In this document: piece by piece, positions 44,905-54,782 of the stretch
Layout of the letters: each line of letters begins with the position of its first letter
Numbering within the stretch: the first letter of the stretch is position 1
IMG/VR virus record: IMGVR_UViG_3300028788_000011
Span: 3,449 to 67,448 of that record
Source of the DNA: a virus
Taxonomy: Duplodnaviria; Caudoviricetes
Strand: one strand, 5' to 3'
Length of the DNA: 64,000 nt
The notes under the pieces: model-generated
Told to the model about the DNA's origin: nothing
Database searches by the model: none
The model's input: the letters and a program-made list of their open reading frames with translations, nothing else
Position numbers and translations under genes: made by a program

Positions 44905-45656
44905 GGGACCACCAGATCGGCGGTAGTGGTCGTGCCGGACGTGTTTTGATTGCCGGTAGCGATTAGTGTCGGCGTGTTCATCGTAATCTGTGGTGCCGTG
45001 AATTCCATGTTGCCGGTCGAGGTAATCGATGCCGTGCCGCCTACGGTCGCGGAGAGGTTGCCGGTCGTGGTTACCGTCGTATTGCCACTATTCACCAGCG
45101 CAGCGTTCCCGCTGGGGTCGATATCTAGCGTTGCCACCACGGTCCCGGCATTGGCCACCGTCACATGCCAATGCACGGCCCCTCCAGTATTTTGCTTGAT
45201 CGCCCACGTCAAATCAAAATCCTGGCCGGTGAGATCCTCGTGAACTGGCGACGCCGCGAGGCGCACAAACGAGCCACTCGGGTGATATTCCTCGATATCG
45301 CCGGCGGCGTTGATGGTTTTGTAGACATCGCTGGCATGGCGGAAGACATGGAAATTTTTGCGGTCGAAACTGGTCTGGTTGATTTGCGGCGGCAAGAACC
45401 CCATGCAGACAGGCACCCCCTCTATCCATTCGATGACAGCCTGCATGTATCGTGTCGCGGGGCCGATCGGGTTCCAGCGCGCAGGGTCACCGAGAACATA
45501 GCCGATATCAGGGAGGTCGACGTGTCCAGTGCTGTCAGAACCAGTCGGAGACATCACCTGGACATTGGATAGCCTGGCGCCGTTGCTGTTCATTAGCACG
45601 TCGATGGAGTTGCCGCTTGGGTAGGTAGCGACGACGATGCCGAATCCCTTGCTCAT
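44901..45656 (-). CDS. Baseplate central spike (gpV-like)
   Basis: N-terminal OB-like region, RHASDV...HPSGS, C-terminal beta-helix repeats. Confidence 0.75.
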   Translation of the reverse strand: MSKGFGIVVATYPSGNSIDVLMNSNGARLSNVQVMSPTGSDSTGHVDLPDIGYVLGDPARWNPIGPATRYMQAVIEWIEGVPVCMGFLPPQINQTSFDRKNFHVFRHASDVYKTINAAGDIEEYHPSGSFVRLAASPVHEDLTGQDFDLTWAIKQNTGGAVHWHVTVANAGTVVATLDIDPSGNAALVNSGNTTVTTTGNLSATVGGTASITSTGNMEFTAPQITMNTPTLIATGNQNTSGTTTTADLVVP

Positions 45657-47182
45657 GATAAATCGACCATTTCAGAGAGATACGGCGAATCAGTATCCGC
45701 TTTCGTGCGCACGCGATCCATGAAGTTGGTTCCGCGCTCGAACTGAACCGACGTGAAGAAGTTCCCGAACGGCGCGTAGTCGTGCTCGACAGAAACCACG
45801 TAATAGAGCGACGTGTAGTCGCCATGCTCGTAGGACAGGTACGTTCCGGCGCGGATGGACTCATTCCCCTTTAGCCGCATCGACCCCCGCTCAAAAATCA
45901 CGTTGTCGCGGTTTTGACGAACCATGTCGGTGCGGCGCGCCTTCATCCAGCCCGTAAAGCTGGTCTGATTGGTATCGCGCACCGCGCCGGCGGCGACACC
46001 GTTCCCGTTGATGGTCTCGTCCTGGCCGCCCTGCTGGGTCTGCTCCCACATCTTTTTAGTGCCGTATAGCTGCGGGTCGACGTTCTGATAGGCGGTCACG
46101 TATGGACCCATGGCCGGGTCATTTGTTTGGTCAAGAACCGCCATTGATCTCATGGTCGGCTCATAGCAGAGGTTGAACCGTGGCGAGTCGACCCAGAAAT
46201 AATTCGCGACATCAGAATCAGATCGTTCCGCTGAGATACTGACGACATCGGCGCGCGTGATCTGGACCTGGTTCGCGGCTAATCCCGGGAATTTCCCTGC
46301 GGGGAATGTGAATATCGGCAGTCCGGCGGCGTCCATAAATGGATTTGGCCGGTACACCGCATACGGTGCGTCCTCGCGGTCCTCGATAAAAAACTCGTTC
46401 CATGTCCCGATGTCACCAAACGACTTGATCAATTCCCATATCGTTCCCTGGCCGAAGCCGCCGGCGCCGAACGGAGACACGGTGCCGGCGATGGCAGAGC
46501 TAAAATCGAGGCTGATTGGGATTAATGGTCCAGGCGATCCCACCCCACTCGAATATTCTCGCAGAGCCGCCACATACGGGTTCACCACGTTATTGAATAC
46601 GTCCTGCATGAATTTCACCGCATTTTGCACGGTAGCGCCAATCCCATACTGCGCAAAAAATGGGAATTCCGTCATGTAGTTGTTGCTCTCCGGCGTGCCA
46701 GGCATGTAGAAAAGCTGGATCATCTGCAGGATTTTCCCGTAGTCCTGGCCGGATACGACGATATTGCGATGCGGGTGGCCGTCGGCGCCCATTGTCTCGG
46801 AATACGCGATCCGCGATATGAAGCCGCGCATGATCATGGGAATGCGCGAGCACGCGCCATTTTCCGACTGCTTGTAGGCATTGCCGGTCATGCGGATTTC
46901 GATGTAGTCCATCGGTTCTATAACGGAATACAGCGAGTCGCCAGTGTTTGTCGTGCCATCGTAAAACAATTGCTCGGTGAGTGTGATCGAGAACGCGCCA
47001 GCGGGTTCGCGCACGGACTTGTTCACGCGCACGCTGTTCCCGTCGCCAATGTATTTGGTGAGGTTGATCTGTCGCGTCTGGGCGTCGCGCTGCGATGTCG
47101 GTATCGACCCGTTCAAGGTCGTGCGGACGATGTTTTTTACCAGGATCACATCTATCCCTGGTATGCGGGATTCGAATTTCAT
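45653..47182 (-). CDS. Baseplate hub protein (gpD/gp27-like)
   Basis: Position between tape measure and spike; LKGNESIRAG...YVVSVEH...TSVQFERG. Confidence 0.7.
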   Translation of the reverse strand: MKFESRIPGIDVILVKNIVRTTLNGSIPTSQRDAQTRQINLTKYIGDGNSVRVNKSVREPAGAFSITLTEQLFYDGTTNTGDSLYSVIEPMDYIEIRMTGNAYKQSENGACSRIPMIMRGFISRIAYSETMGADGHPHRNIVVSGQDYGKILQMIQLFYMPGTPESNNYMTEFPFFAQYGIGATVQNAVKFMQDVFNNVVNPYVAALREYSSGVGSPGPLIPISLDFSSAIAGTVSPFGAGGFGQGTIWELIKSFGDIGTWNEFFIEDREDAPYAVYRPNPFMDAAGLPIFTFPAGKFPGLAANQVQITRADVVSISAERSDSDVANYFWVDSPRFNLCYEPTMRSMAVLDQTNDPAMGPYVTAYQNVDPQLYGTKKMWEQTQQGGQDETINGNGVAAGAVRDTNQTSFTGWMKARRTDMVRQNRDNVIFERGSMRLKGNESIRAGTYLSYEHGDYTSLYYVVSVEHDYAPFGNFFTSVQFERGTNFMDRVRTKADTDSPYLSEMVDLS

Positions 47183-49950
47183 TGCGATGCCAATGCGATT
47201 GTTTGATTGCCGCTACCTCGGGCGATTGGCACCGATGTCTCGATAGTGTGCTGAGATGTTCCGCCCTGCGCATTGCGCCCAGTGGTGTCGACCTTTAGAT
47301 GGATAGTAAGGCTATCGTGCGCGGATGCCAGAGAAGATGCTAGACGTCCACGCTTTGATGCTTCGCCGGCGGCATCTGCTGGACGCTCATATTCTCGTGA
47401 AATCAGCGATCCGGCATCGTTGGCATCTGAAAGATGCGACAATTTATCACCTACTTTTTTGTATTTCCCATTTCGCAATTCATCATTCACGAAAGCAAGT
47501 TGCTCATCGTGAGTGGACGATTTCATGTCATGCCCAGAAAATTTGGCAAAATCTGCTTGCCGGTCTGGATGCCATTGGGCGATTCCGCGCGCGAGTCCAT
47601 TATCTCCGACAGCCTTTTCATTGCTGCCGCTTTCAACTTGAAGATTGGCGGCGATCGCGGCGGCCTGTTCAGCAGACCATCCCATCGCCATCAACTTGTC
47701 GATGTCAGATTGCGCCTTTGTGCCGCCAGTCTGCGCATACGTGTTGGCGATATCGGAACTTTGCTGGTCGATATCGCCAGATTGTCCTTTTATAGGCAAA
47801 CCAGCCTCCTTCCACTGGCGATCCGCTTCTGCGCGAAGTTCTGCCTTGTCAGTATGTAGATTTGGCTTTATATCAATTTTTGCAAGTTGGATGTGCGATT
47901 TAACCCGGTCCTTAATATCAACATTAGGCAATCGGTCCTTGGCAGCCTCCATGCCACGTTCGGCACCAAGTTCCATCTCAGATTTTTTCTCTGGCCCTGC
48001 GATGACGCTGGCAATGCGGAGAGTGGCGTCGCGAATGGAATTAATCGGACCGATCAACTTGTCGCCAAGCGCAGTCTCGGCAGTTTCAATCGCCTTGATG
48101 CCAGCAAGCATATCTTTCGCCTCAGTCATTTCCTGGTCTTTGCCAGCCATAACCTTCAACAATGCATCGCGGAAATCCTCGGTATTTCCTTTCTGTGCGG
48201 CATCAAGGTGCGTTTTTTCATTTTCTGATAGCGCATCCTTGCCGGTGCGGCCACCGATCTGGCTGTAAATCTTGTCCAGATCAGCATGACTGTCGGCGCC
48301 GCCGATGGCAGCCATGGTCTTGATCCCACCTTCGTTCAAATCCTTCAGCGAGACACCGGCCCGCTTCAATGAATTTTGAAGACCGCCAGCCTGTTTCTCA
48401 TCAAGATTCATCATGGCAGCAGCTTGCTGCGGAGAATTCAACCCGAGATCGCGCTGCACGGCATTCAGGCGCAGCCAATTCCCGGTATCGCCCTTATCGA
48501 ATGCCGACTCGTACCCTGCCTTCATCGACCCCCACGAAGTCACGTTGCCGTTCTTCCCGCCCCATTGCCGCGAGACATCGCCGCCATGGCGACGGAAATA
48601 TTCAGAGAGGTCAGAATTTTTATCCCCGAACACGCTATTCGGTGTCGCGAACATGCCGCCAGCGGCAAGCGCTTCGGCGGCCATTGGATTCATTTGACCG
48701 TATGTTTTATTGTACGACCCGATCTGGAAATTTCGACCAGCTTCGCCGGCAGCACCCATATGCGAAATAGCATTATTTGCCTGTCCGAGCATCGACGATA
48801 CGTTATCAGTAGTCATGCCGGTGCGCCCGCTACCAAGCATATTCCCGAACGCTGCGCTGTAGGCGTCGGTATTGGCGATGCCAAGGCTATTGCGCGACAC
48901 CGACGACGCCATCGTCTGCAGGAACTGCATCACGTCCGGCGCCATCGCGCGGCCACCACCCTTTTCAACTGCTTCCGCGATCTGGAGCGCCAACTCGCGA
49001 TTGTTTTGCTTCGGATTCATGTTCTGCATGCCGCCGAAGAACCCCGCCGACGCGCCAGGGTCAATGCCGTAGGCGCGCCCAAACTGCGTGGCATCGCGCA
49101 CGGCACCGCCGAGACCTTCAGGCGTCTTTTCAGCGTTGTGGCTTGCCTGATTGTATTGTTCAGCGAGTGCCGCGAATTCTTTCGAGTTGACGCCAAGACC
49201 AGCGCTGGCGATGTCGGTCATGGTCTTGAGACCGGCGAAGCTGACGCCGAGGTCGCCCATCTGGCGCTTGAGCGTGTCGAGATTGGTGCCGCGCTCCTTT
49301 GCCATGTCGTAGCCTTCAGAAACGGCTTGACCGGCTTTGAATAGTCCGAATGCGGCTGCAGCAATTCCACCTCCCTTTAGAAGCCCACCGAGGCCGCCCA
49401 TCATGCCGCCGCCCTCTGCGGAACCGGCAGCGGCTCCGCGCGTTGCGCCCTGAATTACTTGGCCGAATCCACCGCCTACGCCGCCGCCGAAAGAGTTTGC
49501 AGCCGTTGCCGCGAAATTGGTGCCGCCGCCGCCCCTGCCGCCACCGCGCCCAGGTCGTGGTGATGGCGGGGCCGGCTGGCTAGGAGCAGGAGGCCCCATA
49601 TCCCAAGCCGTCCCGCGCGCGGCATACGAGAAAGCGCTGTCGCGCATGCGCTGCGCAGCAGCCGGATTGACGCCAAGCTTTTGAAAGTCGACCTCATTGA
49701 TGGACTTGCCGGCTTGGCCGGTAGCCTTGAGGGCGTCGCGCAGCGCCTTCGACCGCGCAACGGCGATCTCGAATTGCTTGTTCAGCAGTGCGATATCGCG
49801 CGCAGCGGTACCGACATCAGCCGGCTTGAATTTGACCTTGCCGGAAGATGCAACCGCCTTGGCCAAATCATTGACCGACGCAGTAATTTCCTCGATCGCC
49901 TTGGCGACATTCTTGCCGTCGGCGTTTACGCCAATTTTTACGTCAGCCAT
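47179..49950 (-). CDS. Tape measure protein with C-terminal phage-tail lysozyme domain
   Basis: Long Ala/Gly-rich helical protein; GWSAEQAAAIAANLQVES...GIAQW...SREYERP. Confidence 0.85.
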   Translation of the reverse strand: MADVKIGVNADGKNVAKAIEEITASVNDLAKAVASSGKVKFKPADVGTAARDIALLNKQFEIAVARSKALRDALKATGQAGKSINEVDFQKLGVNPAAAQRMRDSAFSYAARGTAWDMGPPAPSQPAPPSPRPGRGGGRGGGGTNFAATAANSFGGGVGGGFGQVIQGATRGAAAGSAEGGGMMGGLGGLLKGGGIAAAAFGLFKAGQAVSEGYDMAKERGTNLDTLKRQMGDLGVSFAGLKTMTDIASAGLGVNSKEFAALAEQYNQASHNAEKTPEGLGGAVRDATQFGRAYGIDPGASAGFFGGMQNMNPKQNNRELALQIAEAVEKGGGRAMAPDVMQFLQTMASSVSRNSLGIANTDAYSAAFGNMLGSGRTGMTTDNVSSMLGQANNAISHMGAAGEAGRNFQIGSYNKTYGQMNPMAAEALAAGGMFATPNSVFGDKNSDLSEYFRRHGGDVSRQWGGKNGNVTSWGSMKAGYESAFDKGDTGNWLRLNAVQRDLGLNSPQQAAAMMNLDEKQAGGLQNSLKRAGVSLKDLNEGGIKTMAAIGGADSHADLDKIYSQIGGRTGKDALSENEKTHLDAAQKGNTEDFRDALLKVMAGKDQEMTEAKDMLAGIKAIETAETALGDKLIGPINSIRDATLRIASVIAGPEKKSEMELGAERGMEAAKDRLPNVDIKDRVKSHIQLAKIDIKPNLHTDKAELRAEADRQWKEAGLPIKGQSGDIDQQSSDIANTYAQTGGTKAQSDIDKLMAMGWSAEQAAAIAANLQVESGSNEKAVGDNGLARGIAQWHPDRQADFAKFSGHDMKSSTHDEQLAFVNDELRNGKYKKVGDKLSHLSDANDAGSLISREYERPADAAGEASKRGRLASSLASAHDSLTIHLKVDTTGRNAQGGTSQHTIETSVPIARGSGNQTIALASQ

Positions 49951-50240
49951 CGATATCTTCCCAATCGTCAGGCGGCGCCGCGCGATCGCGCTCAGCCGCT
50001 TCCTGCTCTATCCTTGCCAGCTCATCCTCGACACTGAACTGCTCGTCAAGGAATTCTTCTTGGACCTTGCCAGCCTGATACTGGTATGCCCACCACTCGG
50101 TCTCGATCTGTTCGTCCGTGGCGGCAAGATACCGGGGGTCAGTCGGCGCGAGATTGTACTGCTTCCGAAACCAGAGCCGGTAAGTTTGCGCCAGCTTCCG
50201 CCCCTCCACCCGCGCCGATGACCCGCGCTTTTGGTCGAAA
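49943..50240 (-). CDS. Tail assembly chaperone, downstream frame (likely frameshift product)
   Basis: WFRKQYNLAPTDPRYLAATDEQIETEWWA; no convincing own start; +1 frame relative to 50139-50549. Confidence 0.6.
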
Positions 50241-50549
50241 AGAGAGCTCCTTTTCTCGGAGTGCCCTCCATATTGCGACCAACTTGGAATCGACTTCATC
50301 ATCCACAAGTGGATCAAGTTGATCGATGTCGAAATTCTCAGGGCCGGAAACTAGTAGCGCTCTGACCGTCACATAGGATAGCGCGCCGAGGTCGCACATG
50401 TTGCCGTCGTCATCATAGTAGCCGCTGGTGATTTGGTGGTATTGTCCACGGATCTTGAACGTGTCTTCGATGGTGCGCCTGGCGAAATTGAAGCGACCGA
50501 GCCGATCTACTTCAACGAAAAAATCTGTTGCATGTGCTTGACGTGGCAT
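50139..50549 (-). CDS. Tail assembly chaperone
   Basis: Between tail tube and tape measure genes. Confidence 0.7.
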   Translation of the reverse strand: MPRQAHATDFFVEVDRLGRFNFARRTIEDTFKIRGQYHQITSGYYDDDGNMCDLGALSYVTVRALLVSGPENFDIDQLDPLVDDEVDSKLVAIWRALREKELSFRPKARVIGAGGGAEAGANLPALVSEAVQSRAD

Positions 50550-50581
50550 GATGGTGTATGTGATTGTGGGTGGGAGTTTTC

Positions 50582-50597
50582 ATTCTCCTATCACGAC
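50582..50597 (-). promoter_or_regulatory. Late-promoter-like motif GTCGTGAT-AG-GAGAAT
   Basis: Motif match directly after the tube-gene terminator. Confidence 0.55.
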
Positions 50598-50598
50598 G

Positions 50599-50629
50599 AA
50601 AGGGGCGGCACCAGACGATGCCGCCCCTT
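50599..50629 (-). terminator. Rho-independent terminator after the tail tube gene
   Basis: AAGGGGCGGCA/TGCCGCCCCTT hairpin followed by a short T run. Confidence 0.65.
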
Positions 50630-50652
50630 CATGCCACGGCCAAGAAGTATTC

Positions 50653-51084
50653 TCAACAGCCGGTTCCCTGCGTATCGAGCGCGTTGAACTGGCCGGCCTG
50701 CATGACGATTGCGTGCTTGCTGACTTCGATATCGCCGGAAGCGTACGAACACCCGACGTACTTGCGCAGCAATGCCCCAGTATTGTCGGAAACAACGATG
50801 TCGAATACGAGCCCAAGCAGCATGGCGTCGCCATTTTCTGCCGCCACGCCGGCCGAGATCATTTCACCGACGTTGAGCACCATCGCCTGGATGCTGATAT
50901 TGTGCCGCGCCATCGTTGGAACCCACTCTTGGACGTGGATGTCGCCGATACCTGATGCCGGTTCCGGTGAATAGTCGTCGTTCATGCGCACCGACTGCAA
51001 GAGCCCGATCTGAATGCCACCGAACATGACCGCGCATTTATTGCCAGTGCGCGTCTTGAGATTTACTTGTTGTTGGATTGCCAC
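50653..51084 (-). CDS. Tail tube protein
   Basis: 143 aa directly after the sheath; IGLLQSVRMNDDYSPEPASGIGD. Confidence 0.85.
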   Translation of the reverse strand: MAIQQQVNLKTRTGNKCAVMFGGIQIGLLQSVRMNDDYSPEPASGIGDIHVQEWVPTMARHNISIQAMVLNVGEMISAGVAAENGDAMLLGLVFDIVVSDNTGALLRKYVGCSYASGDIEVSKHAIVMQAGQFNALDTQGTGC

Positions 51085-51100
51085 GTTTCACTCCCTGGGG

Positions 51101-52831
51101 TTAAGATGCCGTCGCGGTACCGCTATACGGCACCGCGTAGACCGTCACAGCGACATAGTTTGCCGGCAATACCGGGCTGCATTGGAATTGAACGGATAGG
51201 ACATCGCCAGCGGCCGATGCCGTAATCCCGGTATAGGCAGGGCTAGCCGCATCGCCAGTGATAACTCCTGGTCCCTGTGGCTCTTGAACGGCAAGGGCCC
51301 GCAATTGTGATTCCGTGATATCGACTGCACGACGCAACAACTGCGGCGTCATTTTCTGACCGCGCAGTGGGTCCAATGCGTTGCGGACGTTCTGACATAC
51401 GAAATCCAGCGCCCAGCCGACGGACTGTTCGACCTTATCGTATTTCGAATCGACCAACCACGTCGAGATCGACTGCACGACATAGTATCCTTTTGACGTC
51501 GACTCGATGCAGAAGACGCCGCCTTGGATAAGGGGGTCGGTCTCGGTTGGGTTGGTCAACCGTCGCTCGACGCCGCTAAACGTCAGCGCCTTATTGGTCA
51601 ATGGCGTTCCTGGCGAGACGCCGGAGAAGGCCGCAGCGGCCACGGCGGCAGCCATGTACGGGGAATACAGTTGCAGACCCGTTACTTGGTTCGTCCAGTC
51701 GTAATCGTAGTACCCGATGTGTACAATCGATGTTCGGTTGCTGTTCAGGCTAAGCGCTTCGGTGAGCGCTTGGGCATCGGTCGTGCCAAGCGCCATTCCG
51801 CAGATCGCACGCCGTTCTTTCCGCCCGACAGTCGACATGTACTGCACATGCGCGTCGGCCATCGCGATGATGGACCCGGTCGCCGACAACGGCGCAATCC
51901 AGTTCACATCCTGCGTCTGCAAGGTCGTGAAGGCGTTGCTCCACTGGGTATTGGTGACGGTGCCATCTGTGCCACCAGTGAGGTAGGTCGTTGCCAATGG
52001 CGCTGGCGGCAACAGCGCGTTAGATGGCCGCGCCGCAACCACGAGACCGCCAGATTGTGGGCTGTTCAGGTAATTGATGGCTGCCTGCAGCACTGCGGTG
52101 ACGGTGAATGCTGTCGTCTTGATGGATTGTGCGGTGACGCCATCCAAGCCGTTCAGCGACGGCATACTCCCGGAAACGCCCAACACAGCCGCCGCGAATC
52201 CTGGGAAAGTGTTGATGTTGTCGACCAACTGCTGGACGGTAGGAAATGAGGCCAAACTGATGGCAGCGATCGGTGTCCCCGCCGGCGCAGAGAGGGTCAT
52301 CGTGGTATCGGTAACAGTCACCGTAGCAGTCGCCTGCGCGCCGGTATAGACGACGGTCATCGGCGCCGCATAGATATTGTCCTGCGCGTATACATCACTA
52401 CCGAGAGCGGTAGTGATGTATACGCCATTGGTAGAGCCAGCGGCCACATCGACATTGATTTGGTTCGTGTACTGGCCGTAATCGGACGCAAGCAGGGTAA
52501 TGGCAGGATTCGCCGAAGAATCCAGCAACGTCAAGCCAGCCTGCACAGCCGGGTTGACGCGAATCGCGACGACGGTAGTCGGGCCGCCAACTTCATTGCT
52601 GGGATTGAACGCTTTTGTGACAGCCTGCGCGAGTTCGCCAGTGCGCAGGGTTGCCAGCGCGGTCGCGGGGTCGCCGAATACCAGCGGGGTGTTGGGCGTG
52701 CCGCCGGTACTTTGCCCGATGACAGCGAGAACATTCCCGACGCTGAGATTTTGATTGAGCATTGCATCGTCATTGACCGCCGACACGGTAGTTGGCGTGA
52801 TGTACAAATGCCCGTTGAAGAAATATGGCAT
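51101..52831 (-). CDS. Contractile tail sheath protein
   Basis: VLAVIGQSTGGTPNTP, GEPL-like GTPLTNK, TETDPLIQGGV. Confidence 0.9.
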   Translation of the reverse strand: MPYFFNGHLYITPTTVSAVNDDAMLNQNLSVGNVLAVIGQSTGGTPNTPLVFGDPATALATLRTGELAQAVTKAFNPSNEVGGPTTVVAIRVNPAVQAGLTLLDSSANPAITLLASDYGQYTNQINVDVAAGSTNGVYITTALGSDVYAQDNIYAAPMTVVYTGAQATATVTVTDTTMTLSAPAGTPIAAISLASFPTVQQLVDNINTFPGFAAAVLGVSGSMPSLNGLDGVTAQSIKTTAFTVTAVLQAAINYLNSPQSGGLVVAARPSNALLPPAPLATTYLTGGTDGTVTNTQWSNAFTTLQTQDVNWIAPLSATGSIIAMADAHVQYMSTVGRKERRAICGMALGTTDAQALTEALSLNSNRTSIVHIGYYDYDWTNQVTGLQLYSPYMAAAVAAAAFSGVSPGTPLTNKALTFSGVERRLTNPTETDPLIQGGVFCIESTSKGYYVVQSISTWLVDSKYDKVEQSVGWALDFVCQNVRNALDPLRGQKMTPQLLRRAVDITESQLRALAVQEPQGPGVITGDAASPAYTGITASAAGDVLSVQFQCSPVLPANYVAVTVYAVPYSGTATAS

Positions 52832-52840
52832 GATCGTCCT

Positions 52841-53143
52841 TTATACCGGTTGGTTCATGAATGCTTCATACCGAGCATCGTAGGCAGACCGCGTGGCCTT
52901 ATGGTTGCCAGCGCGCTTTTCAGACTTTGCGAAGGCATTGAGCGCTTCGACGGCGCGACCGCATGTCTTCGACCGCGCAATCGCATAACGCTCAAGCGTG
53001 ATCTCGTTTTCCGGTGCCGGTTCGGTAACCGACGACACGGCAGCAGGCACCGACACCGCTGCAGCCGCAGGGGCCACGGCTGCAGCCGCAGGGGCTGCAG
53101 CAGGAACCACAGGCTTGATCGGTTGTTGGATATCTTCAGGCAT
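52841..53143 (-). CDS. Small Ala/Pro-rich protein preceding the sheath
   Basis: AGGAAG RBS; ITLERY...YEAFMNQPV. Confidence 0.65.
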   Translation of the reverse strand: MPEDIQQPIKPVVPAAAPAAAAVAPAAAAVSVPAAVSSVTEPAPENEITLERYAIARSKTCGRAVEALNAFAKSEKRAGNHKATRSAYDARYEAFMNQPV

Positions 53144-53153
53144 TTTTTTCTTC

Positions 53154-53996
53154 CTATAGGAAAACAGGGGTTGCGTTAACGATAGGATCCGCAACATAGA
53201 CAGGCTGCGTATCGGCCACGCCGGATGGGGCTTCGCATGTGAATGTGCAAACGGACTCATACACGGCAGCCGGATATTCTGGTGGCAGCGCATCGACATC
53301 TTGTTGGCTGAACTCAGGCAGGATGATCCCGTAATTGTCGAATACTTCCAGGTTGCCGATGACTATCTTGCGCAGAGCACGCCGCAGCGCGATCCGCTCA
53401 TCCGGGTTCTTGCTCCAGCCGATGATAGTCAGCGACACATGCGCCATCCATCCAGACGACTCTTTCCAGACGTTGTTGACCGCATCGAATTCGTCAGTGA
53501 ACGGCATTTCGCCGATAGCGCGGTCGCCGCTGCCATCGACAGCGACATGCACCGTCACCACTGGAAAATTCGTTTCATCGAATATCGGCGGCGCATTCAG
53601 AACCTGTATCTGCCCGCTGGCCGGCGACAACGTGCCGATGATGATCTCGTTTTCAAGGCCATATTGGAGCCGGTCGCGCACGATTGTGAGGACATCAACC
53701 GACTGGTCGGTGTAGGTGTAATTCGGCGTCCCTGACACTATGGCAGTGGCATTCCAAGCCGTCCCATCCCAGTAAAATTCGCAATAATAGTACAGGGTCC
53801 CGTTGACGAGGCCGCAGGTATCCATCAGATACGTTTCGTCGTCCCCTTCATAAATCGAGACGGAATTGACGTCGTTGTATGATGGGAAAATACCAGTGGT
53901 ATTACGCAAAATCACCCAAGCAAGCGCAGTCGGCTCTTGCTCAAGATAAATCTTGAGCGCGTTCCCGACGGCAGAAGGCAGTATTTGCGTGATCAT
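53154..53996 (-). CDS. Tail completion / terminator-like protein
   Basis: FN3-like N-terminus; FPVVTVH...IIGWSKNPDERIALR. Confidence 0.65.
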   Translation of the reverse strand: MITQILPSAVGNALKIYLEQEPTALAWVILRNTTGIFPSYNDVNSVSIYEGDDETYLMDTCGLVNGTLYYYCEFYWDGTAWNATAIVSGTPNYTYTDQSVDVLTIVRDRLQYGLENEIIIGTLSPASGQIQVLNAPPIFDETNFPVVTVHVAVDGSGDRAIGEMPFTDEFDAVNNVWKESSGWMAHVSLTIIGWSKNPDERIALRRALRKIVIGNLEVFDNYGIILPEFSQQDVDALPPEYPAAVYESVCTFTCEAPSGVADTQPVYVADPIVNATPVFL

Positions 53997-54003
53997 GCAG
54001 ATT

Positions 54004-54035
54004 ATTGTGCAGTCACGACGACGGGATGCAATAAT
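54004..54035. promoter_or_regulatory. Back-to-back pair of late-promoter-like motifs
   Basis: Minus GTCGTGAC-TG-CACAAT (54019-54004), 7 nt before ATG 53996; plus GACGGGAT-GC-AATAAT (54020-54035), 6 nt before ATG 54042. Confidence 0.7.
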
Positions 54036-54041
54036 TAGGGC

Positions 54042-54782
54042 ATGGCCGACTACACCATCACCATCGATCTACCAAACGCTGACGATATTCGCAGGGTCGT
54101 GAATGGCGCCGTCTTCCCGCGCGTCAAGCAGGCCATACGCAACATCGCTGAAATCACCAGGGAAGATTGGATAAACGCAATCAAAAAGGCACGGCTATGG
54201 AGCGGTGAAAAAACCCCCTACATGGCGTCCATCACGGTAGCGTATCCTACCGACCTGTCGGCCGTGATCAGTTCCAACTACAAATACGCGGAAGAGATCG
54301 AGACCGGGCGGCCGCCGCGCGACCTCAAGCGCATGCTCCAGACATCGAAGAAAATACGGTTCGCCAAGACCGGCCCCCATGCCGGACAGCGGTATCTGAT
54401 CATCCCCCTCAGGCACAATGTCAGCGGCATGTCGGCAGATACCTATCAAGCCGCGTCGAGCATGGCGCCGTCTGTGGTGACTGGCAAGGCGTTGCAGAAC
54501 AATGGCGGTACCGGCGCTCGCGTGCGCATGCGCCAGCGCGCTACCTACAACTGGGGCGACCGCATGAACGCGCCAGGCACAAATCAGCACGGAATGGTCC
54601 GGTTCGACACCTCGAGCAAGAAGTCGAAGTCCAGTACATATCTCACATTTCGCGTTATGGGAGAATGGTCTGCAGGCTGGATCATCCCGGCGCAACCAGG
54701 CCAGTACATCGCCAAGAAGGTCGCCGAGGCCATGCAACCGGCGGCAGATGAGGTAATCAAATTGGCGTTCGCCGAACCCTAA
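54042..54782 (+). CDS. Neck/tail-completion-like protein (HK97 gp10-like), inverted relative to the operon
   Basis: YKYAEEIETGRPPRDLK...RYLIIP...YLTFRVM...GWIIPAQPG; fills the gap between minus-strand genes. Confidence 0.65.
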   Translation: MADYTITIDLPNADDIRRVVNGAVFPRVKQAIRNIAEITREDWINAIKKARLWSGEKTPYMASITVAYPTDLSAVISSNYKYAEEIETGRPPRDLKRMLQTSKKIRFAKTGPHAGQRYLIIPLRHNVSGMSADTYQAASSMAPSVVTGKALQNNGGTGARVRMRQRATYNWGDRMNAPGTNQHGMVRFDTSSKKSKSSTYLTFRVMGEWSAGWIIPAQPGQYIAKKVAEAMQPAADEVIKLAFAEP

